Shown here: one piece after another, positions 30,670 to 42,918 of the stretch
Position numbering within the stretch: position 1 is the first letter of the stretch
Layout: each line of letters opens with the position of its first letter
The notes under the pieces: model-generated
The model's database searches: none
The model's input: the letters and a program-made list of their open reading frames with translations, nothing else
What the model was told of the DNA's origin: nothing
NCBI RefSeq assembly: GCF_009914755.1
Contig: NC_060931.1
Direction: 5' to 3' (one strand)
From: the human T2T-CHM13v2.0 reference genome, Homo sapiens
Length of the DNA stretch: 64,000 nucleotides
Position numbers and translations under genes: made by a program

Positions 30670-30850
30670 ACTTACAGAATTTTATTTGACCTATTTAGGA
30701 ACCATATTGAGTAGGTAGCATTAATGTTATTACTCACAAGGTACACATGGAGAAGCTGAGGCTCAGACAGATTAAAACCATTTGCTCAAAGTTAAGTAGT
30801 TCATCAGTAGAGGAGCCAGAACAGGAATACAGATGCTCTGATTCCTCACT
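30670..30850 (-). mobile_element. MIR SINE
   Basis: ggagaagctgaggctcagacagattaaaaccatttgctcaaagtt. Confidence 0.7.
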
Positions 30851-32584
30851 CAGAGATATTTCCAACACACCAAGTCTTTCCCTTCCCCTTTTCTTTTTCT
30901 CTGGTTTTGTCTGTTTTGTTTTGAAAGGCACAATTATCTTGCTTCAGTATTGAACTTGAGGTTGGGTGAGTATAAATATTGCTAGGAAAGTCTGCTTAAG
31001 GTAGATTTAGGGTTGTTCTACAGTTTTTGATAAAATAAAAAAACTCCTCCAGTAATATTTGAAATATACTCCCCAATACCCATCCCTTCTGCCTTTGCAC
31101 ATTTAGCACATGGCATAAAACCTGTCAGATCAGGTACATTACCTAAGGATAACCTTGCTTATGACCTTTCATCTGGTTGCTCACCTGCCCCAAAAGTGAG
31201 TCTCTCCATTTACAACGTGTGTGTCATTTATACTTAATTTCTATATAGTCACATATCTAAAACTAGAATTAAGTGAACACTTTTGATGATCCTACGTGAT
31301 GCAATTATCTACGTTGTTTCTCAAAAAATGCACACTGTCTCTAAAATTACAGATTGGAAGTTTGAGGCATAATTTCTGAAGTGACAGTCAAGGGGAAATG
31401 TTAGCACCTGTGAAGACAGAGGTATTATGATATGATGATTTGACTGATGCCCATTAAGGTTACTTAACAACTTTGTGATATAATCTGGAATCCATAGAAA
31501 ATTGAGATTATTTTATATATAAAACTACAGTCATGTTGTACTCTTGTGCCCTGTACTTGAAAGCAAGCACATCTGAGCTGGCGTTTGTCAGGCATGCAGC
31601 AGCTCTAAGACAGCCCTAGAAAACTGTAGAGGAGTCAGTGAATACACTGTATGCCTTACATTAAATTGGGACATAAAAGCCATTTTGTGTTGCTGCTTCA
31701 GTTTCTCCACCCTCAGCCTGACTTACAAAACCAAGACGTATAACCACACATATCAACCTAGAACTTTGCCCTATGAAGCATTGTCTCTGAAAGCCTCTTT
31801 TCTCCTTCCTGTCAGTCCTCAGCGGCACTATGGCTGAATGAGTGGTTGTGTTATTCAGAGATGTGTGTGGCTATCATCCTGCATGAGTGGGTCTGTTTCT
31901 GTCCTTGACTCACTTTTTCTTTCTTCCTTTCTTTTTCTCTCTCTTCCTCAGTCTTAGTACCAGCCAGACCTTTTCTGTTTAACTCTATTCTTTTATTTCT
32001 GAAACACCCAGAGTGCTATTCAGAGATGTATCTGTACAGAAAGAACACACCTAGAGAGCTCAACACTGTGCAATAGGATGTGCTCCCTGAAAAATTTCAA
32101 ATCCAGACAGCACTGTTGTCCTTCACTTCAGTCAATAACAAAAGGAAATCTTTTCTCCTTTTGAATTTATGACAGAGGTAGTTCAGGTAATGAGCAAAAC
32201 GACTCTTTGAATATGTGTCTTGACAGATGTAAAAATGATCATAAAATAAGACCACGGCAAACAATGTAGAAAAACCAGACTTGACATTGACAGTATGTTT
32301 AAACAAAAGTCTCTATAAATATCAGATGCTACAGACATGGATAAGAGAAGCACATTCTCACAAGGAGAGGTTGCCAAAACCTGAATATTCCATTAACAAA
32401 GAAATTAGGAATATAATTACATACACATTGAAATATTTCTATTTAGCATGAGGTACAGTCCTAACTACATACTTTTTACTTTTTTCTTCATCTCACAATT
32501 TACATCCTCTTGGGTTAAATGGCAAAGAAAAATATATTAGAATAGTAAGAGTAATCAATACTGATAGTATTTTATAATGATGTA

Positions 32585-32720
32585 GTACCTTCACATTAGT
32601 ATTTGCCCCTTTTATGTATGACAACTCTGAGTTTCAGAAAGGTTAAGTGATTTGTTGAACATGGGTCAGTTTGCAAATTTCAGAGCCGGGATTCAAGTGA
32701 AGATCTTTTGCCTCTTTCTG
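32585..32720 (-). mobile_element. MIR SINE
   Basis: ctgagtttcagaaaggttaagtgatttg...cagagccgggattcaa. Confidence 0.7.
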
Positions 32721-33093
32721 GTCTTTCACTGTGGCAGCATAGTATTTCTGAATGACATCTGCTGGACTGTAAACGTCACAGGAAACGTCATAACTTTCAG
32801 CTTATCTTGGATTATTTCTATCCTAAATTGAGGCTCAAATTTCCCTCAACCCTATATTTCTTCCTTTCTTTTTCTTAAGCTATATGACACCTCAATGCTG
32901 AATCAGAGACTGATTCAAATTTCGATTCTAAAAGACTACCAGAGATACCTGAATGTGTACACAGTTTAAACTTTGGGAAAGTGGATTTCACATGCAATAT
33001 TAAAGATAATATATGCATGAACATATAAACATACCTTGAATTACACATTACAGAGTATCGTTATAAAGAAAACAATAGTTTTACAGAATAAAA

Positions 33094-33169
33094 GTAACTA
33101 TGGCAACCAGTAGAGTCAAATCAGGCTGCCTCCCAGGCAGCAGCAGTAGCTCCTTGTTGCCTCAGTAAC
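33094..33169. promoter_or_regulatory. Pair of RFX X-box motifs (candidate intronic enhancer)
   Basis: GTAACTATGGCAAC at 33094-33107 and GTTGCCTCAGTAAC at 33156-33169. Confidence 0.5.
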
Positions 33170-33664
33170 TTTCCATTATAATGAGTCTCAAACACATATA
33201 TTTTGGGGGCACATTAGCTGAATTTTCCACCTTAGGTTCCCAATTTAATTTTACCTTTCTGTGTGGATGAATAAAATATTCTGATTATACAGTTTGCTTT
33301 GGGTTTGTTTGTTTCACTGAAACCTTCTCATCCTCTTGCATTTTAGAGGTCTGCCTAGTGCTGGAATGTCTATTTTTTGATATCCCCTAGTCAGAAGGAA
33401 TTGAGACAGAGTCAGGAGACGAGACAGTTTTAGTAAAACAGCTCCTATCAACAGTTAGCCACCCTGACTGACCCCTGTACCCCCCCATTTTCTAAGTGCA
33501 GAGGGTTGAGTGTGAGATAGTGGGGAAAAAACTACTAAAATCAGCAACATCCTCCTAATTTCAAATCAAGGCTGGGCTCCAAAATAAAGTGAAAACCTGA
33601 ATAGACTGTGAGACAAGGATCAATCTTATTTTATTGTAGGCTGAGAAATGGCAGCACTGGGGAC

Positions 33665-34420
33665 TTCAACAGATATTTATTGTGTACCTACAAAATGTAA
33701 CACACTGTTTTAGGTACGTGGAGGATAATAGGTGAATGAGAACTGATTTTTGCCTTTAAAATATGATCTAGTGGAACAGAAGCAGGTGTGTGTCTGTGTG
33801 TGTGTGTGTGTGCACGTACACACATCTAGCACATAAGTATATATGACAAAGGTAATGAGATAAGTACAGACAAAAAGTTCTTAGTGTCTGAATGAGTTAA
33901 TTGAAGTCTTCTAAGATGAGTTTTGTGATATTTGACTTTTTAAAACTGGAAAAAAGAAAAACATGGAGAATAAACAGATTTTTTGCGGTAAAATTTTGTG
34001 GAGACAAGAATGGGCAGATGGAAGAGGATGGTAATGGGAAAATGTTGATGCTATCACTTGGAACCTATTTTTAATTTAATAATCAAAAATCACTTAAGCT
34101 TTTTGAAGAAGAGTGTGGTAAAAGTTATTCTACAATTTTTTTGACTGATTGGTAGAATACTATAGAAAGAAAAAGGTAGTAGAGAGGTAAATTCACATAC
34201 ATAGGCCAGAAAAAAATGAAGGCCAGAATTAGGATAAACAATGGAAATGTAAAAAAGAGAATGTTAAGGGGCACTATGGGAAGAGAATATTAATATTCAC
34301 AAATTGGGGATAGGAGGGAAAAGAAAAAGATGAATAAAAAGTTAACGGGCCATTAATGGAGGAGACATTAACACAAATAATGAAGTCATTCATTCATTCA
34401 TCAAATATGTATTGAGCAAG
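33665..34420 (-). mobile_element. L2 fragments with embedded (TG)n at about 33787-33812
   Basis: ttcaacagatatttattgtgtacctac...; cattcattcattcatcaaatatgtattgagca. Confidence 0.55.
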
Positions 34421-34439
34421 ATTAAGAGAAGGGGAGTGA

Positions 34440-34766
<327 letters not shown>

Positions 34767-35345
34767 TGATATGGACAGATTTTTAAGGCCAGAGATAGAC
34801 AACTGTGGAGGCCAACATTAGGGAATTTTTATGGCATCTTGGTAAAACAAGAGTACTTGTTCCTAAAGTGTGGATTAGGGAAGTGGCTAAGAAGAGACTC
34901 TACATAAAACCCATTTTCTATCTTGTTTTATCAGTGAAAATTAATTCCACAGAGGAAAAGCAATGATCATTAGTTACACACAGACCTATCAACACATCCT
35001 ACCCAGGCACAGGTATGCATTACAATAGGAATCATAGGGATACTTAAGGCTATTCAGACTTACTACGAGGTGGTATGTAAGAACTAAAAGGCAGTTTCTA
35101 ATCTCATATTTTTTCTCTCTCTCTCTTTCGAGTGGCTTTACCAGCAAAAAGAAACATAAAGTGTAGCCCACCTAAATCAATAGCATATTGATGCACACTT
35201 TTTTCTCTGTCGTTTTTTTTTTTTTCCTTGTAAGAAGTGTTTGCTATTTACAATCTGTTACTGGGTGATAATCGCAAAGCACATTTTTCTCTCTTTTCCA
35301 TAGTCAACCCCATACATTTCACTTTGTATTTGCAAGTAAAAATAC

Positions 35346-35533
35346 CTGTTGCCGTGCACATGAGAGGCACAGAATGCAAAGCTGTAATGGAGCAGGGTAG
35401 GGTCAATGACAGCACCATTTTCTGAATGTTCCATCAGTTCTGCAAGGTAGCAGAGATGTCTGTGACAGCCTCTCACACCATAACGGGCACAGTACTCATC
35501 TAACACAAAGACTTGGCCAGGGCTAAACCATCC
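35346..35533 (-). CDS. CADPS2: CADPS2 coding exon, 188 nt ([63 protein letters not shown])
   Basis: ttctttttttattttgcag|GGATGG...AACAG|gtattt; phase 0 to 2; inside ORF-track 35258..35632. Confidence 0.97.
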
Positions 35534-36354
35534 CTGCAAAATAAAAAAAGAATAGATATACATGTTTTTTCTTTCTATACTACGATTTGCTTTCCTGAAC
35601 GCACTTTTAGGCCTTATAAGCAGAAGCTGCATGAAAGTATCTTGACATTTATTTTATTAGTGGTATGTTTCATGAAGAGCTAATGTCATCAATTTTGAAA
35701 CTGATTTGGGACACTGGCAACCTAATGCTATTCTCTTTTTACTGTCACAGCAAGGCATGGGTAACTTGTGCCTCTCCAATGTCATTCAAAATTAGTCAAA
35801 TTTATTCATAGGATCTAAATTATCACACACAAAGAGTGTTACTCCAAAAATCTCAGTCTCTTTATGAATCAATTAAAAAAAGACGACATTATAGATGAAA
35901 TTTCCTGCTCAGGAGAAGTTTTATAAAGTGAACTAAAAGAAAATGTCATTAAGTTTAGCAGCAGTATACATGTACTATTTGGGAACTTAAATATCTGGGA
36001 TATTCTTCTCATTCTGTTTGTCTTCCTATGAACAATATAACAGAGTTAATGCTTTATATTAGCAGTTTCTGTTCCTCCTGAAATAAGATGTTAGAATGTA
36101 TGTGTGTGCATGCATGCCACCTGAACACAGCAGGCAGTTGATGCGGCTAAAACTGGAGGACAGGTTAGGTGGAGCTGGCTTATAAAATATCTTGATGAAT
36201 TATATGGATTTATAAGATAGTAAAAGAAAAGAAGGGAGTATAGAGAGTTTTAAAAGGGGGCAGGGTAATCATGTAAGAGAAATAAAGAATAATGAGAAAA
36301 AGGTGAGAAGGCAATAAAGGAAAGGAGGAAGAAAAGAAAAGGAGTAAGAGAAGA

Positions 36355-36510
36355 ACCATCAGGTGTGGTATTTATATGCTTTCCATGTTGAAGATAAATA
36401 AGCTAAAGCTCAGGGATGTTAAGTGAATTGTCCAAGACTACACTGCAAATCAGTTGTTGAGCCATGATTTATATTCACAGTCATCTGCCTCCAAAACACT
36501 TTCTAGGCAA
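36355..36510 (-). mobile_element. MIR SINE
   Basis: aagctaaagctcagggatgttaagtgaattgtccaagactacac. Confidence 0.65.
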
Positions 36511-36939
36511 ATCACACTCACTCCCCTTTAGGTGCAGTGGAAGACCTTGTAGCATTCTCCTCAGACTCCATATTACACTGGCGGTCAACAACAAAATCAA
36601 AACAGCTTTTGATAATTGAATAATGTCTTTGAGTGGAATCCGAGAGGACACTATCCCTTATTGATGTTCACTCTATGTGTTTGTCCATGAAAAGATAGAA
36701 TAGGATTTTGAGATGATATATTTTACTCTCCATGTGATTGTAAAGTTTGAGTTGGATCAGGTTTAAATTATACTTAATAAACAATCTATAAATGAATTAA
36801 TGAACTGTTAGTGTCAGCGTGGCAATAAATTGTTTCACTTCTTCCTCTCTGAAGTATCCCCATTTTGATTTCAGACAAAATGGGGGGGCGCATTTTGTCT
36901 GAAATCTTAAACAGAATGTAACTTTATTGCATGAAGTTT

Positions 36940-37556
36940 CAGGTTGAGCATCCCAAATCCAAAAGTCCCAGACCTGGGAAGCTCCAAAATCCAAAATATT
37001 TGAGCATCTGCATGATGCTTTTAAATCAAGTTTAGCCTAAAGCTGCCTCCTTACATATTTTAAGTTCAGCCTAAAGGTTTCTCTATACATTGTGAATTAT
37101 AAACTAAATGGAGTTGTAAATACACAGTAGTCTACTACTGTGCCAATAACTGAGTTTTGGCCAATCAAAGGTGGCCAACTGTTCAAACTGTGTTCAAATA
37201 AGGCAAATGCTGAACTGTAATCAATCTGGCTGTTTCTGTACCTTACTTCTGTTTTCTGTACGTCACTTTCCTTTTTCTGTCTATAAAGCTTTTTCCACCA
37301 CGTGGCTGCGCCAGAGTCTCCGAGCCTACTCTGGCTTGGGAGGCTGCCTGATTCAAGAATTCATGAATTAAACTCTGTTAAACTTAATTAGGCTAAGGTT
37401 TTTCTTTTAACAAAGCTCAAAGGAAATTGATTTTGGATTTTTGGATTAAGGATGCTCACCTTGTACATATAATGCAAATATTCCAAAATCTGAAGAAAAT
37501 TCAATATTTGAAACAGTTCTGGTCCCAAGCATTTTGGATAAGGGATAGTCAACCTG
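36940..37556 (+). mobile_element. Tigger4a/Zombi-like MITE split by an LTR
   Basis: TIRs caggttgagcatccc / gggatagtcaacctg(ta); internal gctccaaaatcc, ctggtcccaagcattttggataagg. Confidence 0.85.
37019..37412 (+). mobile_element. MER57-family ERV1 solo LTR
   Basis: ttaaatcaagtttagcctaaagctgcctccttacata...ccaat boxes...tataaa...attaaa...ttttaaca; 4-bp TSD atgc/aagc. Confidence 0.85.
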
Positions 37557-38269
37557 TACTATGCTCAGTGTCCAAGAGATTAAAGTAGTGATAGAAATAG
37601 GCATTTTCTGGCTGCAAAAATTTCAGATGAATTGCTATTGACAATGTAAATGCTTGGAAAAACACATAATTTTTAGGTTATAAAGTTTAGTCCCCATATT
37701 CTGAGGTGTCAAGCATTCCTTTTAAATAAATTATACTTCATATCCCAAATGTTGGCTACAATTTCAACACATACCAGGAAACAGTTTACTCAATTTAATT
37801 CACTCCTTTCCTTTTGTCAAGGAATTCAAGTTATACTTTGGATGGCTAGATGAAACCAAAACTTTCCTTTGTTATGTATAGCTCCTGTCATATTGTTAAT
37901 TCCACTATTTCCTTCCCCTGCCACTTAGGTTGTCCTTCTAAGAACAAAAGAGAGAAATGTGAGGTGTCAACATCTGGGGAACAGAACTTCAACCTTAAAA
38001 TGTCTGTACGTCCTATAACAGAGGTTTTAAAAAATCTTTATTTAAAGCCTTCTATTTTCACTGAGCGTTCTTTAAAGTGACTGATACACCACAGTTTAGC
38101 ATCTATTTGAGTCTATTCTCCTGTCTATTGAGTGGCACAGCAGTGGTCTTCAAGTGTATAATTTTCAAATTGGGAAGCAATCAACTGGAATCCTTTATCC
38201 CTCACTCCCACTACCCTTATTAAATGAGTCAGGAATAAAATGCTGGTTTATAACAAGTATTTCTCACTT

Positions 38270-38331
38270 TCTAAAATCTTTTATTCCAACTTATAGGGGA
38301 TCTAAAATCTTTTATTCCAACTTATAGGGGA
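38270..38331. repeat. Perfect 31-bp tandem duplication
   Basis: tctaaaatcttttattccaacttatagggga x2. Confidence 0.97.
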
Positions 38332-38351
38332 CTAGATAGACTTGTACTCAC

Positions 38352-38488
38352 CAAGCAAGAATAGGAATCATTCAGTCTGTGATCCAAAGTCTGCCTCTGG
38401 AGTATTCTAAAAAGGAAGGCATGATCAAGCTTGCAGGGGTTTGCAGAAATAAACTCATCCATACCATGTTTCTGAAAACGATCTGCAT
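38352..38488 (-). CDS. CADPS2: CADPS2 coding exon, 137 nt ([46 protein letters not shown])
   Basis: tttcctgaatttacag|ATGCAGAT...TGCTTG|gtgagt; phase 1 to 0. Confidence 0.96.
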
Positions 38489-40936
38489 CTGTAAATTCAG
38501 GAAAGCATGTACAGTATATTTACTTTTCAGGCTTAATGATGGACATACAAGTTGTGAAGAATACAAAATGCGTGACTCAAGCAGAAGACTACCTTTTATC
38601 ACATGAAATATGATGCCAAGAGTTCAGCATATTAACATAAATTGCAAACTTTATGAAGCCTAAGTAAAAACAACAGCAAAAAATCTACAAATCATTCAGA
38701 ATGCAGTAATTCCATCTCCATTCAAAGCTATTTCTAATATCCAACAGAAGAATAATCTTATTTTCCAACTCTGAGAAAAGCTGTATTTTAAATCTCCATT
38801 TACTGATGGAATTGACTAGAAAAGAACGAAGATCTATTCATAAAAAACAGCAATGATGCCTAGGAGTCTGCTTTCCAAATGGCAAACTAGGGCAGAATTG
38901 AACACACATGCTTCAGCTGGATCACTTCCAGTCTTCTTTTTGTATGGAGCTTTTAATGGGACCATCCTTAATGTAAAAATGGCAATGAGCGCTCTCAAGC
39001 TTCAAGTTTAAGAGACAGGAAAAAGGGAGCATCATGTTTGCGCAAATATGCAGACAAAGCTTAACGTCCCAAATGGCACTTCAATCAAAGGCCCAAATTT
39101 ATTGTTCTTTACAGATTGCATCTTTCAACGCCTGTAGACCCTGCGGGTTTATCAAAAGGCAAGCTTTTATGATTGCTTTCATTAATGGTATGTTTTGTCA
39201 AAGTCTTCAATGTGAGTTATTTACTAAGTATAGAGAGAAAAAGCCACACACTACCCCAAAGGAGTGCTGGGGTGTTATTACATTAGCTCTGTTAGAAACG
39301 TAGCGCATACTGAGCAAGCAATCAGTTATCAAGATAAAAGTGGACTCTTCTCACAATGGTAAAACTGAAACTCCATTGTTCCCTAAAATTCACAGATAGA
39401 TCTCTTTCTGGTCATCATAAGAAAAGCAGAGTCCTAAATGTAAGCTAAGTGTAGTTTGTAAAACCTATGTAGTACAATCTTAAAATTATAAAGGAAAAGA
39501 GACAAAAGTTTATTGATTAAACCCAATTATAGAGTCAGACTCATAATAAAACTCAATATTGATCTGTGGACATGATGCTAACATAATCAGTCACATTTAG
39601 ATATTTAGCCCAGATCTTATTGATCCATGTCAAGTTCAACTTTCAGCCATATTTGTAGATGGAAGAACTACATAATTCAAGCTGAAGGGTCTTCAGAATC
39701 ACACTAAAAAATGATACACAAACTAATGTACATCTCACATCAATGACAGATAGGAAAAGGTGAATATAGCAAGTAATCAATGAATGGCAGCTTATTGATG
39801 TGTAGGGTATAAGGTTATAATCCGTGGAGAAAGTATCATACTTATACCTTTACATTTAATAATTACCTGAATGATTAAATACATTACATGTGATAAATTA
39901 ACTGGATGAACACAAAACAGCTTTTCCTGAACTAATATACAATTGAACTTCTTTTGCATTTTATTCTTCTGAGTCTTTTAATAGAAAGTTAAATATATGA
40001 TAATGTAATGTGAAATAATATCAGATGAATAGGAGGCAGAATATTAAAACTGCAAATCACACATTTTATAAAATTGGAAGATTCTTTTGTATTTTAAAAG
40101 ATGTATCTTAGAATATTCATTTTTCCATTTATCTCAGCAAAAAAATCTTTTAGTATCATTTTTATGAAACTAAATTACTAGTTTTATAAAACATCTGCTA
40201 AATTTTATACCTTATTTCTTTCACCAGAGAAGGTTACAACAGGAGTTAAAAATAATGCCCATTAATGGTTAATCTGTTGAGAACAGGATAGTGATAAATT
40301 TCACAGGAAAAAGACCTATCTTTTTCCTGTGAAAAAAGTAAAAAAATCTTTCTTTTACTATAAAGATTTGTAGAAGCAATTAAAAAATGGGCATACAAAC
40401 TTTAAATAAAAAATGTTTCTGAAAAACGATCTATAGTTCATTTCTATAATTAAATCATATTTTTGTAAATTTATAAAGTACTTTTCTCAGGAAATACAAT
40501 TCCAAACTATATATCTGCTAAGGTAACAAGTCTTTCCAAATGACACACATGAATGGAAAATTACTTTACAAACAATTACCATTGGTGATAAAAATGATAT
40601 TAATGATAGCACTTTGAGTCACAAATACAGACTCTACTCGGAAAAAACAGACAGGCAAACAAACCCATTAAAATTTTTATTTAAGAAAATCAACAACCTT
40701 CAATTTCTCCAGGATTGTAATTTTATGAAAGTGAAATGTGTTCTTAGAAATCATTCTATTTTTAAAACACAGGCTGTGAAGACCAAACATTTTTACTTTC
40801 TTTCTACATCAGATCAGCACCATTTAGAACATTTCATGCAAAACTACATTACCATGTGGCAGTATAGTCTTAGTTTCCATGAATTTATGGAAGAAATAAA
40901 TAAAAAAGTAACAGTCTTGACCTCCCTGAATGAAAT

Positions 40937-41020
40937 GGGGTGGCGGGAAGGGGGGCGGGAGGGGAGGGGAGAGGAGAGGAGAGGAGAGGAGAGGAGAGGA
41001 GAGGAGAGGAGAGAGAGAAA

Positions 41021-41057
<37 letters not shown>

Positions 41058-41070
41058 GGTAGGTAGATAG
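40937..41070 (+). repeat. Polypurine simple repeat: G-runs, (GGAGA)n, (GA)n
   Basis: Directly visible. Confidence 0.95.
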
Positions 41071-41178
41071 GCTGTGTTTCAATAAAACTTCATTTTCAAG
41101 AACAGGCATTCAGTTTCAGTTTGCTGGCCCTCTGGCCCTTGTTTTAAACAAAATAATAGCAATGTATACAAGTGTTTA

Positions 41179-41572
<394 letters not shown>

Positions 41573-41624
41573 TCAAAGCTAGGAGGAGAGAAACAGATGT
41601 AATACGGCTGAAATGCTTTTTTAG

Positions 41625-41905
41625 TAATAAAATTGTGTGTATGTATATTTAAGCTTTACAACATGATGTTAAGGGATACATATAGACAGTAAAATGGTTA
41701 CAATACAGATGCAAATTAGCAAATCTGTCATCTCACGTAGCTACTTTTTTTGTGACAGGGAAGCTAAAATCTACTTAACAAAAATCACTAACAGTACGAT
41801 TGTATGGATTCTAGTTGTCATGTTGTACATTAGATCTCTAGACTTGTTCATCCTACACATCTGCTAGTTTGTATCCTTTGACCCACATCTCCCCATTTCC
41901 TCCCT
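41625..41905 (-). mobile_element. L1MA-like 3' end
   Basis: catgttgtacattagatctctagacttgttcatcct...gtatcctttgacc. Confidence 0.8.
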
Positions 41906-42396
41906 GCCATCTTTCACTTTAAAGTTATCTCATGAACTAATGTGAAATAGAAAATCAGATATCATTAAGATATTATCTAGTTTCTTATTTTTATAAAGAT
42001 ATATTTTCACATAGCTTTCTACAGGTATAACATACCTATATGTTACTCTTGAGAGACACAGCCATCATCTATATCAAATGCAAAACATGCTTTTTAGTCA
42101 ATTACCAAATCCAAGGCTTTAAAATTGGGTTATACTGGATTATCTTCAATTAATGTTACTATAACACAACATTATGGTGACTAGTTTTAAACAGAAAATT
42201 ATTCATGGTGTTACTCAGATTTCTCTGATAATGGAAAATTTTAGTTCAATCTGTCTTCTGAAACAATATGACAACTATCAAAACAAACCAACAAGCTATG
42301 AGCTTAAGCAGTATACTGCAAAACTGTCATAAATTGTGATGATTAACCTATGGACTAACTACAGATGTGGGATTGGTAATTGAGGATACTGGTGGA

Positions 42397-42410
42397 GTTT
42401 CTATGGCAAC
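42397..42410. promoter_or_regulatory. RFX X-box motif
   Basis: GTTTCTATGGCAAC. Confidence 0.4.
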
Positions 42411-42812
42411 AGTTGGATGTATGCTCGAGCGTCTTTAGGTGGTACTGTCACCAGGTGTGATAACAGTAGATGGAATGAAACCCAAATTGAGAAAGATTAT
42501 TATTAGCTATAGATTTAAGAAGTTATAGAGGCTTTATGTAAGTCAAGCCTAAAAATTAAATTTTTTCATTAGGATAATAGCTGTTGGAAGTTAAGAGAAA
42601 AGGATAAGTAGGCTGACAGTATCAACTTAAATAGGTAATACAGACTTGAAAATAGGTGGCATAGAAAATGATGTGAGGACTATCAGTGAGGGGCTTTTTG
42701 GTAGGCACTGACCGCCACCTGCCCCTTAAGTGCCCAAGAATTCAAATCCTAGGAAAGGCATCTAAGTCAGAGAGAATGTGAGATTGAAAAAAATTTGAAA
42801 TACTTCTTTTTT

Positions 42813-42918
42813 GCTATTGTGAATAGTGCCACAATAAACACACGTGTGCATGTGTCTTTATAGCAGCATGTGCACATGTACCCTAGAACTTAAAGTATAA
42901 TAAAAATATATATATTAA
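42813..42918 (+). mobile_element. Tiny 5'-inverted young L1PA insertion with 15-bp TSD
   Basis: TSD aaatacttctttttt at 42798-42812 and 42919-42933; antisense L1 piece then sense tgcacatgtaccctagaacttaaagtataataaaaa. Confidence 0.9.

Noticed and set aside
35258-35632. 124-aa ORF as a standalone gene
   Set aside because: It is the CADPS2 exon 35346-35533 plus open intronic flanks; the same applies to 54031..54228.
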